Source of the DNA: a virus | DNA: 64,000 nt | Reading direction: 5' to 3' (one strand) | Virus record (IMG/VR): IMGVR_UViG_3300027859_000006 | Location: 44,152-108,151 of that record | Part shown: piece after piece, positions 28,146 to 37,679 of the stretch | Layout of the letters: each line of letters begins with the position of its first letter | Position numbering within the stretch: the stretch's first letter is position 1 | Notes under the pieces: model-generated | Seen by the model: only the letters and a program-made list of their open reading frames with translations | Databases searched by the model: none | What the model was told of the DNA's origin: nothing | Program-made: the position numbers and the translations under genes

Positions 28146-28588
28146 TAATCGAATCCTCCACAACTAAGGCTGGATGAATCGCTAGAAGAATATCCGGTAT
28201 CGCTGCTAGAAGTGTCAGTGCTGGAAGAGTACCCGCTGTTTACACTAGGTCTTATAAGGATATCACTCTCAAATGAGGATATTTCAGCTGGCTCTCTAAT
28301 AGGTTCACGTTCTAGCCATTCGTCAGCTATATTCTCTGACGGGTTTCGTACTACAGGGGAGTCAGCGACTTCATTTGCAAAAGTATCCATTACTGTACTA
28401 GCCTTCCATCCAAAATATTCTTTAGCAAAATACGGGTCTGGGAACTGGTCTAGAATACTTGCTAAGAATACCCATTCAAGTAGCGAAGAATCCCAAACTT
28501 CTAGTTGTCTATTAGTGCTTTGGCGTCTGCGTGATTTAGTGTAGCGGTTTTTAATTAGTCGTTTAGTTCTAGTTTTCTTAAAAAACAT
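28145..28588 (-). CDS. Hypothetical protein with Ser-rich tail
   Basis: Coupled start MFFKK. Confidence 0.6.
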   Translation of the reverse strand: MFFKKTRTKRLIKNRYTKSRRRQSTNRQLEVWDSSLLEWVFLASILDQFPDPYFAKEYFGWKASTVMDTFANEVADSPVVRNPSENIADEWLEREPIREPAEISSFESDILIRPSVNSGYSSSTDTSSSDTGYSSSDSSSLSCGGFD

Positions 28589-28791
28589 TAAGGATATCTC
28601 CATTTAATTTTATTGCTTGGGATAAAGAACACTTCGTCTTTACTGTCCCTGAATTCAATGTTGCCACTTCTGGACGAAGCCCATACTTTTCGTGTTGCCA
28701 CCGTCCAGGCATCGTTGTGCCATACCTCTAGCTTTATATCAACGGGTGGCAGGTTCTGATTGTAATGCGTGTTTAAGTTGACGGATTTCAC
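28588..28791 (-). CDS. Hypothetical protein
   Basis: N.PPV...L....WRYP. Confidence 0.55.
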   Translation of the reverse strand: MKSVNLNTHYNQNLPPVDIKLEVWHNDAWTVATRKVWASSRSGNIEFRDSKDEVFFIPSNKIKWRYP

Positions 28792-28963
28792 GTTCTTGTT
28801 CCCTAACCCTATCTTCGATGTGGTTATAGTTTTTAGCGTTTTGTAAGTAACCAGAGTACATTTTATTAAGCGTACTCTCGTCTAGTTTCATTAAGTCCTT
28901 AATCATAACTCGATCTAGGCTCAATAGGATTACCATAGTATGCGCTACTTCTTGTTTAGTCAT
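28739..28963 (-). CDS. Hypothetical protein
   Basis: Start MTKQEV with RBS. Confidence 0.55.
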   Translation of the reverse strand: MTKQEVAHTMVILLSLDRVMIKDLMKLDESTLNKMYSGYLQNAKNYNHIEDRVREQEREIRQLKHALQSEPATR

Positions 28964-29180
28964 GTTCTTTTTGTCCTTCGTCGGTAACACTTTCAAATAG
29001 GGTTTCTTTAAAGATAACAATAAATGCTATTGTGGCGACTGTTACTGTTATTAGGGCGTAAAGCACGCCGATGAAATTGGATAACACTACAACGGATGTA
29101 GCGTAAATAGCCACTGTAATAACGTACAGTATTAAACTGTATAACGCTACTGCGGCGTCTCGTAATATGATGTTAAGCAA
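28956..29180 (-). CDS. Membrane protein
   Basis: Two TM segments. Confidence 0.6.
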   Translation of the reverse strand: MLNIILRDAAVALYSLILYVITVAIYATSVVVLSNFIGVLYALITVTVATIAFIVIFKETLFESVTDEGQKEHD

Positions 29181-29497
29181 TTTAATAAATCTCTTAATCC
29201 CGAAATCGGGGCTTTCTCAAAACCTTTCACTGTAGGATAGGCTTTTTCGAGTTGTTTTACATAGTCTTTTTTAAATCGACTAGTAACGGGGCTAACTGAT
29301 TGTTTAGTTTGAGGATTTAATAATTTTTTCAATTCTGAGTTTGGAATAGTACCAATGTCAAGGGTCTTTGCTCCGAATTTGGTCGCGATTGCAGTTAAAA
29401 TTTCTTGCTTACTAGCCTTGTTCTGCAAGGCTCTGCGATTCTTTCCCCAAGTTTCTATCAAAGTAATAAAGCTCCTGCAAAGAATGAAAGCATACAT
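29147..29497 (-). CDS. T5-family hypothetical (R.KK.Y motif); start uncertain
   Basis: TSRFKKDY resembles TGRLKKPY of the 49266 gene. Confidence 0.55.
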   Translation of the reverse strand: MYAFILCRSFITLIETWGKNRRALQNKASKQEILTAIATKFGAKTLDIGTIPNSELKKLLNPQTKQSVSPVTSRFKKDYVKQLEKAYPTVKGFEKAPISGLRDLLNCLTSYYETPQ

Positions 29498-29916
29498 AGT
29501 AAAATAAAGGACATTATATTGTGCTTAGACCTATTAGCATTAGATTCCACCTCTTCTACAAAACGTATAAACCCTGCCTCGTTTTCATAATAGGGCTTTA
29601 ATTTGTTAAATGGTACTAATTCAGTTATTCTCATGTAGCTGTATCTATGATGGTCTAGAAGGACTACTGGCATATTAGCCTGCTCTGACCTGAGATGCTC
29701 TCTAAGTTTTGTAGCTTCAGCATTTAGGTATGATACTTCTTGGCAGAGACTATCTCTTTCATCATTTAATTTCTTTTTAGTAGTTTCCTGAACCTCTACA
29801 AGCCTTTCGGTCTCCGCTTCTATATTTTTAAGTTGCAGATATTTATTAGCATTGGTTTCTAGCGCTTCGTACTCATCTAAGGGTAATGTTATTGTTTTAC
29901 TCATCACCCATCTCAC
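29458..29916 (-). CDS. Coiled-coil protein with C-terminal membrane anchor
   Basis: Composition. Confidence 0.6.
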   Translation of the reverse strand: MRWVMSKTITLPLDEYEALETNANKYLQLKNIEAETERLVEVQETTKKKLNDERDSLCQEVSYLNAEATKLREHLRSEQANMPVVLLDHHRYSYMRITELVPFNKLKPYYENEAGFIRFVEEVESNANRSKHNIMSFILLCMLSFFAGALLL

Positions 29917-30044
29917 ACTGTACTTCGTCTAGGATTTCTTCTACTTCAAATGCTAGAGTGTCAGCAGAAAGGTTTTCTTTCTCGACCCACTCAAACATTA
30001 GTTTTCTTATTTCGCCATAATAGTCCATACGTACTCCTGATACA

Positions 30045-30074
30045 AAAAGAGCCGAGCGAAAAACGCTCGGCTTT
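30045..30074 (-). terminator. Rho-independent terminator after endolysin
   Basis: AGCCGAGCG..CGCTCGGCT followed by U-run. Confidence 0.8.
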
Positions 30075-30077
30075 TAA

Positions 30078-30533
30078 TCAATTTAACAGCCCCGTAAATA
30101 TACCATTACTATTAATGGTTAATACTTCGTTTCTGTTGTTGCCCTCGACATAAGAACAGTGAACCCATCCAGACCTTACCCCTTTAGCAGGGTCATAGAA
30201 TTCTAGGATTAACTGGTCAAATTCGAGATTATCTCTTATCCAAGCAGCAACTTCATAGTTACCTGCTCTAAGAGCCTCGCCATCAATGGCCTGACCTAAA
30301 ATATGTTGGCTAGTATCTTCCGATCTAAGCGCTCTATTAAGTTCTAGGCTTCTGTAAGCTGAATTTATTACCACCGGCCCGAACTGGTCTCTAACAGGCT
30401 GCCACACGTTATCTACCAAGGATTTTAAATTTGATATGATAACGTGGTTATCCGTGGTATTATCAATACCTAGCCTGTCAGCGGTTGCCGATTTAAACAT
30501 TTCAGCTAAAGTAAAGTTTTTACTTAGTTTCAT
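30078..30533 (-). CDS. Endolysin, peptidase M15 family
   Basis: LS.NFTL.E, SAYR...LN, SQH..G.A.D, FDQLILE, WVH. Confidence 0.88.
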   Translation of the reverse strand: MKLSKNFTLAEMFKSATADRLGIDNTTDNHVIISNLKSLVDNVWQPVRDQFGPVVINSAYRSLELNRALRSEDTSQHILGQAIDGEALRAGNYEVAAWIRDNLEFDQLILEFYDPAKGVRSGWVHCSYVEGNNRNEVLTINSNGIFTGLLN

Positions 30534-30658
30534 AAACCTGTTATTAATTTGATTGCGAATAGTAAAGATTCTGGGCTTACCCCAAGTAGTAGTAAAACTA
30601 CCACCCCTACTACCATAGCCAATATCTTAGCGACCTTTATCCACAATCGTTTTGTCAC
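30530..30658 (-). CDS. 42-aa membrane protein coupled to endolysin (holin/antiholin candidate)
   Basis: TAAGGAGG RBS + GTG; TKRLWIKVAKILAMVVGVVVLLLLGVS; ATGA overlap. Confidence 0.6.
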   Translation of the reverse strand: MTKRLWIKVAKILAMVVGVVVLLLLGVSPESLLFAIKLITGL

Positions 30659-30718
30659 AATACCTCCTTATGGTTAGCTTTCTGGAGTGAAGCTTACCCT
30701 GAGTTTCGTGACTGAGCT

Positions 30719-31588
30719 TTAAATTGTTTCTCGCTCTTTTTGGAATTTGTCCATGATTTCATTTGGAATCGCAACGGCTGCTGTGATTTCTGAAATGAAT
30801 TTTTCAACCATATCAGAGTCACGTGTAATAGCTACCATCGCGTCTTGAAGCATAGCTTCTGAAATGTATCGTAGACGTGGGTCGTCTTTACCAAAGTGTT
30901 GCGCTAGACCTACTGCTGCGTTAGCTACTGCTAGTTTAGCTAAACCGTTATTTTTCGCATCTTTTTTCTTAGCGAAAAGGCGAGCGTACCAAGGCAATGA
31001 CGCATACATTTTACTCTGGATGAAATCGTTAGCTGTTTTACCGGCTGTAAGTTGAGCCGCCATAACTGCTGCGTCTTTGTTTGTGTTTACTACTTTATCG
31101 AAAAGGCTTTTCATTTTATTTGATTCCTGTTGTTTTTGTTTGCTTACTGTTTTAACCGCTGCTGCTTGTGCTGCTTTTGCCATAGGCACTGGTATTTTGT
31201 CGAGTTCTTTTAAGTCTATTTCACCATGACTAGCCCAATAAGGTAGTATAATATACTCTGTTAGTTCTTTACATCCGGTACTTTCGTACCAGCTAAGGAA
31301 CTCTTCTATTTGGTATACTATATCCTGCTTATCTATAGTATTAACTACCAGCTCTACTTTAGAAGTCTTGCCGAACTCGTCAACTTCCATAACTAAAAAT
31401 ACGCAGTCTTTTGACTTAGCCCAAGTTAAAGCTCGCTTTACCCAAGGGCTTTGACCTCTGCGTGAGTAGTACCCTTGAGCATTGGACAGAGCTAACATAT
31501 TTTGTCCTAGGCTTTTATCTAGATCGTATTGGTATTTAACACGAATACTAGCACATGCTTTATTGAAAGTATTTACAGAATTATTCAC
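30719..31588 (-). CDS. Hypothetical protein
   Basis: Long ORF after promoter cassette. Confidence 0.75.
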   Translation of the reverse strand: MNNSVNTFNKACASIRVKYQYDLDKSLGQNMLALSNAQGYYSRRGQSPWVKRALTWAKSKDCVFLVMEVDEFGKTSKVELVVNTIDKQDIVYQIEEFLSWYESTGCKELTEYIILPYWASHGEIDLKELDKIPVPMAKAAQAAAVKTVSKQKQQESNKMKSLFDKVVNTNKDAAVMAAQLTAGKTANDFIQSKMYASLPWYARLFAKKKDAKNNGLAKLAVANAAVGLAQHFGKDDPRLRYISEAMLQDAMVAITRDSDMVEKFISEITAAVAIPNEIMDKFQKERETI

Positions 31589-31620
31589 ATCGAAATTTTC
31601 CTTTTGGTCATTTCATTAAT

Positions 31621-32148
31621 TTATGTGTATATTATACGTAAATTTGGCTGTTTTAGCAAGCAATTTTTTTTAGTTTTATTGTGTAATTTCTTAGGAAATA
31701 AGTCAGCCGCAGTTGAAGCAGCCCATGCCTCTGGCTTTAGAATAGGAGACACCCCACAAACACCAAGAATATACCCAGCAGCGGCCTTCGCCGCACAATT
31801 TGAACCGTACTGCTCTTCAGACGCAATGTCTAAATGTACTTCGATAGGGTAGTCAATCCCTTCCTCTACCAGAGCATTTTCCAGTTCTAGATAAATGTTA
31901 GCTAAGGCTTGTACCTCAGTCATCATTCTATGTTGTGGTTTTCCTAGGTTTTTATCGTAAACGCGCTCTCTGGTAGTTTCCCCTACCACTTGGCAGCCTT
32001 TGCTGCCTGCTAGGTGGATAACTGCAACAACAGTTATCTTAGCCCAAGCGATACCTTTAGTATCTACGAATCTAACGCTGTCCGCTCCTAGATATAATCT
32101 ACTGTTACTAGGGGCTTCTTTTAATTTATGAATTGTCTCCCGAATCAT
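31621..32148 (-). CDS. RNase H-like YkuK (DUF458) protein
   Basis: YLGADS, R...EV, VHLDI, KP.AWAAS.AAD. Confidence 0.8.
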   Translation of the reverse strand: MIRETIHKLKEAPSNSRLYLGADSVRFVDTKGIAWAKITVVAVIHLAGSKGCQVVGETTRERVYDKNLGKPQHRMMTEVQALANIYLELENALVEEGIDYPIEVHLDIASEEQYGSNCAAKAAAGYILGVCGVSPILKPEAWAASTAADLFPKKLHNKTKKNCLLKQPNLRIIYT

Positions 32149-32788
32149 CGGTATTCTCCAAGTTTTTGATTATTTTCTTAGCATTCTCTATAGTTTCTTG
32201 CTGTTTAACCTTTTCAAATGCCTGTACTTTTTCTGTTTTTGCCTTTACTAGTCTCTCAATCCGTTCACGCATCTCATCAGAGTTAAACCAGTAGTCTTTA
32301 CCATTAAACATAAGCTCTAGCTCGTCTTCTGTTAAAAAATCTGAGTAGTAATGTCTGTTTAACTGTGCTATCCACTTATCTGTAGCCTCTATCTGAGATT
32401 TGACCTTATGCCCTTCTCCATAGAATCCAGCTGAGTATTGATGGAACAAGCTTAACGTATTGTCTTCTATACACCATCCATCACATGCTAGGAATACTAT
32501 AGTAGCTGCGGAATCACATGCAGATTCTATAATGCCTATTACAGTTCCTTTACAATTTTCTATAGCATTAACTATTTGTACTGCGGTATATACTTGGCCG
32601 CCTGGACTGTTAATATGGATATGTATTTCGTCTGCTTCACTTGCAGACCTTAACGTGTTTAGTAAATCTGTATAGTCCGAAGCGTCCCCTATACTTCCCA
32701 TTAAGTTGTAATGGTATACTGTGTTAGAAGTACCCTCGTTTCCAATTGATACTGCGAATTTAGATAGTGATGGTGTATGGTAAGACAT
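32126..32788 (-). CDS. ClpP-like protease
   Basis: HINSPGG, SAAT, FHQ; T5 clp homologue. Confidence 0.88.
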   Translation of the reverse strand: MSYHTPSLSKFAVSIGNEGTSNTVYHYNLMGSIGDASDYTDLLNTLRSASEADEIHIHINSPGGQVYTAVQIVNAIENCKGTVIGIIESACDSAATIVFLACDGWCIEDNTLSLFHQYSAGFYGEGHKVKSQIEATDKWIAQLNRHYYSDFLTEDELELMFNGKDYWFNSDEMRERIERLVKAKTEKVQAFEKVKQQETIENAKKIIKNLENTDDSGDNS

Positions 32789-32798
32789 ATTATCCTTG

Positions 32799-33053
32799 TT
32801 ATATAAGTACTAGTTTTATAAGTTTAGTTACCCAGTACTCTGTCTTTGGTATAGACTCTTCTTTATGACTAGAACCTCGGTGCAATGCACTAGAAAGTTC
32901 TTCTTTGGTGAATAATGCGTAGTGATGATCTTTAATATCATTAACATACGCAGGGTACAGGGCAGTGCCCTGTACATCTATCTGCTCTGAAAGTCTTATT
33001 TCCGAAGATATGTACTTAGGTGGTTTTTTCTTTCTGCGTAAGAATTTTAGCAC
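32799..33053 (-). CDS. Hypothetical protein
   Basis: Operon-packed. Confidence 0.6.
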   Translation of the reverse strand: MLKFLRRKKKPPKYISSEIRLSEQIDVQGTALYPAYVNDIKDHHYALFTKEELSSALHRGSSHKEESIPKTEYWVTKLIKLVLI

Positions 33054-33414
33054 ACCTTGAGTCCTCCTTTGGTCTGTAGGTACAGAACTTAATATTCATT
33101 TCTCTCAAGTAACGAATTAAGTCCTCAGTACAGGCCGCCATTTTTAAATTATCTTCAAAAGAAAGAGCCACGAAGGGCTCTTTATCAACTACCATTATTT
33201 TCCACTCGACGTCGCACGTTTCATACGGTGCTGGCCAAGCGGGATGGTATACAGCAGTTTCTACTTGCTCAGGGGTTGAAATGGTACAACCAGTTAGAGT
33301 TAAAGCAGTAACTGCAACTAAGGTAATATCTAGCACTGCGTCAGTAATGTCCCCTATATAGTCTAGGAAGTACGAAAAGACTGTGCTTAGAAAGTTTTCT
33401 ATTGCTGCTGACAT
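33016..33414 (-). CDS. o-spanin-like lipoprotein (true start probably internal)
   Basis: LTGC lipobox; HP.WP.P; follows i-spanin. Confidence 0.7.
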   Translation of the reverse strand: MSAAIENFLSTVFSYFLDYIGDITDAVLDITLVAVTALTLTGCTISTPEQVETAVYHPAWPAPYETCDVEWKIMVVDKEPFVALSFEDNLKMAACTEDLIRYLREMNIKFCTYRPKEDSRCAKILTQKEKTT

Positions 33415-33770
33415 AAGTTAGTATCTCCTGTAATACAACCTAATTCGCGCTGGGTCTCATTGAAGGCTTTATTTAGCTTTATTTCTACGAGACCTGGCTT
33501 TGCCGCCACAACACTTTCCCTACCTGATAGTTCTGATAGCTTTCGCTTGTTGGAATTTGTCTCTTTAGTTAGTTCTAGCACAGTTGACTCTGTTAATACT
33601 TGCAGAGTTTGTACGTCCTTGATAGACTTTTCTAACCTATCAACACTTGCTTGTTTAGTTACTAACTGTTGCTTTGTTACGGCGTGTTCTTGAATCTCTT
33701 TATAAAAAAGAAAGCCCCCTACCGCTAATAAAAGCATAAGAGCTATTATAATTTGTGTTCTGAATGACAT
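33399..33770 (-). CDS. i-spanin (Rz-like)
   Basis: N-terminal TM plus coiled coil; AKPGLVE; C-terminal Cys. Confidence 0.75.
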   Translation of the reverse strand: MSFRTQIIIALMLLLAVGGFLFYKEIQEHAVTKQQLVTKQASVDRLEKSIKDVQTLQVLTESTVLELTKETNSNKRKLSELSGRESVVAAKPGLVEIKLNKAFNETQRELGCITGDTNLCQQQ

Positions 33771-33788
33771 AGTATAATAAAACCTCTT

Positions 33789-34241
33789 TCATGTCAAGAA
33801 AGTTTTCACTTTCCTCCAGACAACCACTCCTATGTACATTAAGCGTGCTTTCCACTTATCAGTGTTATTATCGACTAGAGTAGAATAAAATTGCAGGTCT
33901 CTTTGAGACCCGTCTACTCTCATATGTATAAGAAAATCGTGTTGTACAGAAGCTTCTAAGTTTTTCGGGCAAAATGGCCCTCCAAACACACTCCAAAATA
34001 TTCTAGGGATAGAAGCTCCGTCTGTAATAAACCCTTTAGGAATAGTAAAGGTTTGCCCTAGAATGGGACTATTAAACACGTAATCCTGCACTACCATATA
34101 ATTGTAGTTGCCGTTAGGGGAAATTGTTAACTTATTGTGGCTTTGTAGCTGGCGGTACATTCGGTGACCCTGATGAACCACTGCCTTTTTTAGATGCGCT
34201 ACGTTTTTTAATAAAATATAGAATTGCAGCAATACCTGCAA
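33789..34241 (-). CDS. DUF1353-family protein (start likely internal)
   Basis: IPKGFITDGASIPR..HD. Confidence 0.75.
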   Translation of the reverse strand: MQVLLQFYILLKNVAHLKKAVVHQGHRMYRQLQSHNKLTISPNGNYNYMVVQDYVFNSPILGQTFTIPKGFITDGASIPRIFWSVFGGPFCPKNLEASVQHDFLIHMRVDGSQRDLQFYSTLVDNNTDKWKARLMYIGVVVWRKVKTFLT

Positions 34242-34266
34242 TTACTAATACTGATTCTAGAAACAT
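34132..34266 (-). CDS. Small membrane protein
   Basis: MFLESVLVIAGIAAILYFIKKR; GGAG RBS. Confidence 0.55.
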   Translation of the reverse strand: MFLESVLVIAGIAAILYFIKKRSASKKGSGSSGSPNVPPATKPQ

Positions 34267-34268
34267 AC

Positions 34269-34610
34269 TTACTCCTGATCTTTGTCTGCTTCTACTTTCC
34301 ATTTCCACCCAGAATTGGTATAGAAGCCAAAAAATACAGCACCTGCGCCAAACATCGTCGTGATTAGGGCTGTATAACCTACGGGCCTTCCGATTACGCC
34401 CACCTGTCTGCAAGCTAGTAGCTCTGCGGTTTTGATACTTTCCCCTTTATTAAGTACCACCTGCATCACTGCTGCGTCGCATTTTATTTCAGGAACTTCC
34501 TTATACGAAATGTACCAATTCACAGACATTATAAGACCTACTGTGTATACTACAAGTACCATTCTAGGAAATATCCTAAACATGTCTAAGTATTTAGCTA
34601 TTTTAGACAT
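34269..34610 (-). CDS. Holin-like 2-TM protein
   Basis: RIFPR + TM; second TM; heads the spanin operon. Confidence 0.55.
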   Translation of the reverse strand: MSKIAKYLDMFRIFPRMVLVVYTVGLIMSVNWYISYKEVPEIKCDAAVMQVVLNKGESIKTAELLACRQVGVIGRPVGYTALITTMFGAGAVFFGFYTNSGWKWKVEADKDQE

Positions 34611-34717
34611 AGGGTTAGAGGCCTGTTAAATTTAATAAATACATAAAAAATTCCTCCTAGGACTACATTATATCAAAATATAACTTGAAGTCAACAGAAG
34701 AATTTTTATACAGATAC

Positions 34718-34741
34718 AAAAAAGGAGGCCGAAGCCTCCTT
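34718..34741 (-). terminator. Rho-independent terminator (UUCG hairpin)
   Basis: Same hairpin as at 24597. Confidence 0.85.
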
Positions 34742-36124
34742 TTATAAGTAGTCGTACTTAGGTATGCACAGCGCGGATTTGACCATGTCTAGAGGTGTTA
34801 CTACTTCCCCAGACAATACTGTCTTCATAACCGCAGCTGAGAAGCCCGATACTAAAACAGTACCATTCTGTCCAGCTCTAACTGGTACGTTATCACGTCT
34901 GCTAGCAATGTTCCAGAACACTAATTTAGGAGCAGTAAAACCTGAGGCTTCAAAGTCTCTAATAGTTTTCTCAGATACAGGGCTTGAACCGCAACGGTCA
35001 AATTCCATATCAGACAGTACGATTAACGCATCTGGCAAATCTTCATCAGTCAGTCCGTTAGCAACGGCTCTATCCAGGATAGTTTGCATAGCGCGATTAA
35101 TATCCGTATTCATGCCCCAGTGCGCTCTACTTAGGTTACGAAGACGAGTTTCTAAGGTATCACCACAAAGTTCTTGCATTCTAGGACGTTCAGAGAACGT
35201 TAAGAACTGGTCTTTGAACACTCCTTTGTTTCGCTCGGCTAGGTAAATACCAAGAGACATTGCTACTTGCATAGTAGTGAATTTAGTATTCCCAGCTGCA
35301 ACACACATAGACGCTGAAACGTCTATCATAGGCAAAAAGCTGCCTTCGCCCACGTAATCTGGCAAACCTTTCCATTGAGCTTCTCGAAGCTGCCCTGAAC
35401 TATTTGCTACAATCTCATAAGGATATAGCACGCTAGAGTTAACCGTATCCTTGCCCTTTTCAAGGGCGGATAGATACTCTTCGTATCTTTCACCGTCATT
35501 GCGAGCAAACGCTTTGCGATAAAGTAACTGAGCACGAGAAGGCAACTTACCGTACTCAATTTGATCCCACTCACGATTACACATCTGAGTCTCAACTACG
35601 TTAGTAGTTTCAACTAACAGCTTGCGCAAAGTTTTTGGCGGAACGCCAAGGTGACGGCGCACCTCTCCGAAGATTGTACCTTTACGAGGCATCCACTTAG
35701 CTGCTAGAGCATTTTTCTCAACCGCAATAGCGCGTAGCCATACGGTGATAGCGTGTGCCTTAATGTCTCCACCAAGTTCAATTACTGGGATTAGGTCGTC
35801 GAAGCGACCAATCTCAGGGATTTTTGATACAATGGCTTTACCTGTTTCTAGGTCGACCAGTTTAAGGATTTGTGTAATCCATTGGCGGAAGTGTTTACGT
35901 TCACCGTAACCACCACGAGGGTCACGTGTATACAGAGCTAAGCGAATAGCCAAGTCTGGGTTTTCTTTAAAAGCCTGTAAGAATTCACCTACTAGGTTAG
36001 TTCCACGGCTAGAACCTGCACGACCGAATAAGTCTACTAGGAATGAACCTGATGTAGAGTTTGTTACTGCTCTATTCTCTGTAAATGAGTTAGCGTGCGT
36101 CATTGCGTTAAATAGTTTGTTCAT
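34742..36124 (-). CDS. DUF2828 / TROVE(Ro60)-like protein with C-terminal vWA domain
   Basis: TEN.A, RD.RGG.GER, GR.DDL, AKW.PR, VE..MC..W, LYPYEI, MIDAS DVSAS, SDMEFD, FWN, SGFS. Confidence 0.88.
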   Translation of the reverse strand: MNKLFNAMTHANSFTENRAVTNSTSGSFLVDLFGRAGSSRGTNLVGEFLQAFKENPDLAIRLALYTRDPRGGYGERKHFRQWITQILKLVDLETGKAIVSKIPEIGRFDDLIPVIELGGDIKAHAITVWLRAIAVEKNALAAKWMPRKGTIFGEVRRHLGVPPKTLRKLLVETTNVVETQMCNREWDQIEYGKLPSRAQLLYRKAFARNDGERYEEYLSALEKGKDTVNSSVLYPYEIVANSSGQLREAQWKGLPDYVGEGSFLPMIDVSASMCVAAGNTKFTTMQVAMSLGIYLAERNKGVFKDQFLTFSERPRMQELCGDTLETRLRNLSRAHWGMNTDINRAMQTILDRAVANGLTDEDLPDALIVLSDMEFDRCGSSPVSEKTIRDFEASGFTAPKLVFWNIASRRDNVPVRAGQNGTVLVSGFSAAVMKTVLSGEVVTPLDMVKSALCIPKYDYL

Positions 36125-36449
36125 TTTTGATTCCTTTTAATGCTGTAATATGCTCGGAAATTGGGATTAGCAAATAAAACAATGCTAAGTAAATATTTGA
36201 TACTGCCCAGATTATGCAGAAGATTACTGCTACAAAGCCTAGGAAGCCTTTAAAGGTTTTCTCTCTATACCGATAGGCACGGATTCTAAACTCCATATCA
36301 CCACCAGTAAAGTAATCTTTTATTGCTACTGCTACGTTAGCAGAGATAAACAAGGCTAGCGCTGCGTTAAATCCATACGCTATCCACGTAAGGATTGTTA
36401 CAATGAGTGATACCGCACCGATAATTTGATTTTCTTTACTTACTTTCAT
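36108..36449 (-). CDS. Membrane protein
   Basis: Multiple TM segments; co-operonic with DUF2828. Confidence 0.65.
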   Translation of the reverse strand: MKVSKENQIIGAVSLIVTILTWIAYGFNAALALFISANVAVAIKDYFTGGDMEFRIRAYRYREKTFKGFLGFVAVIFCIIWAVSNIYLALFYLLIPISEHITALKGIKNEQTI

Positions 36450-36682
36450 TAATTTTTCCTTAGTAGCACAACATTGTGCAGTGATTGAATGTATATAGAT
36501 TTGTTAACCTGAGTGAAAAGTCTCTGTAGCATAACAGGGTCATTAGTCTCAAATGACACTCTAGGAATGGAGACTCTTCGTTTGTTCTTTGTTATAACGT
36601 GGTAAAAGTCTTTATCTTGAGCAACTTTTTCAACGTGAATCATCATATCTGGGTGTATAAGACCGTTTAAATCCCAAGCCAT
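36449..36682 (-). CDS. Hypothetical protein
   Basis: First gene after promoter cassette. Confidence 0.65.
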   Translation of the reverse strand: MAWDLNGLIHPDMMIHVEKVAQDKDFYHVITKNKRRVSIPRVSFETNDPVMLQRLFTQVNKSIYIQSLHNVVLLRKN

Positions 36683-36759
36683 ATTGTTTTCCTCATTTCT
36701 TAATATGTGTATATTATACGTTGAAATATGTTGTTTTGCAAATCTTTTTTAAAGTTATT

Positions 36760-36835
36760 TGGGGTGACTGACGGGGTTCGAACCCGCATAATCTAGAATC
36801 ACAGTCTAGGACATTTCCAAATCTGCCACAGCCAC
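36760..36835 (-). tRNA. tRNA-His(GUG)
   Basis: Cloverleaf; CTAGA-CTGTGAT-TCTAG; CCA. Confidence 0.92.
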
Positions 36836-36941
36836 ACTAAATAACTCTAATCACCGTACCGAGAAAGTGTACAAAGCTTTCTCTATGATTTTTTGTTACT
36901 CTGTCTTACCAGAGTAGGTACAGATACGGGAAAGAGCTTTC

Positions 36942-37011
36942 GGGTTTTGGTAGTACTCCAGACCCGCCGGAAGTTCTCCAGCGAAGGGGAATTGAACCCC
37001 TTACCTAACCC
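36942..37011 (-). ncRNA. Circularly permuted tRNA-like module (T arm - capped acceptor - D-like arm), YrlA-like topology
   Basis: GGGTT / AGGGG-TTCAATT-CCCCT / TCGCTGG-AGAACTT-CCGGCGG / D-like hairpin / AACCC. Confidence 0.55.
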
Positions 37012-37342
37012 TATTTAGGAGTGAGAGTACGAAAGAGATAGCTAGTCTCGTTCATGGGAGGATCAATCCCTAATTACTACACTCCATATAACCACTCAAT
37101 TATATGGAGTGTCTCTGGCGGCTTCTCACACCGATTTTATACAGACCCAGAGACTGCCTGACCGCGTTCCTGCGGCAGTGGGATACTTTATATAACAAAA
37201 GTAACAAAACTTGACACGTTTAAGTGAAAGTGAAAGTGCCCAAGACCTTGGAATTTTATACTGGATTCCAACAGTACCACTCTACTACATCTAGGGCGAG
37301 ATGGCGTAGTTCCGCTACGCTCGGGAGATTTTATTCTGTTAG

Positions 37343-37648
37343 TCAACCGTGCTCTTCTTCGTTGTAAACTTCTACTTCGTAGACCAGCTCTCCTGTAGCG
37401 TCTTCGTATCCTTCAACTTCTAGGTCTTCTAACTCTTCTTCAGTGTACTCGTCTTCGCAGATTGGAGTTCCGATAGTATCCAAGTCTCCGAAAGCATCCT
37501 CATCTTGGTACATGCCGTACATTTCGGCGTTATCGATTGAGTACTGACGAGCAAGCTCCATTGCCGCTTCTTCGTCTTTCGCCTCTAAAATACCTTCGTC
37601 GTCACAGCCTGCGAAGCCAGTTCCAACTTTGTAGTAATACTTAATCAT
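37343..37648 (-). CDS. Highly acidic protein
   Basis: Start MIKYYY after promoter cassette; very D/E rich. Confidence 0.7.
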   Translation of the reverse strand: MIKYYYKVGTGFAGCDDEGILEAKDEEAAMELARQYSIDNAEMYGMYQDEDAFGDLDTIGTPICEDEYTEEELEDLEVEGYEDATGELVYEVEVYNEEEHG

Positions 37649-37679
37649 TAACGTTCTCCTCAATCATTCAATACAAGTA

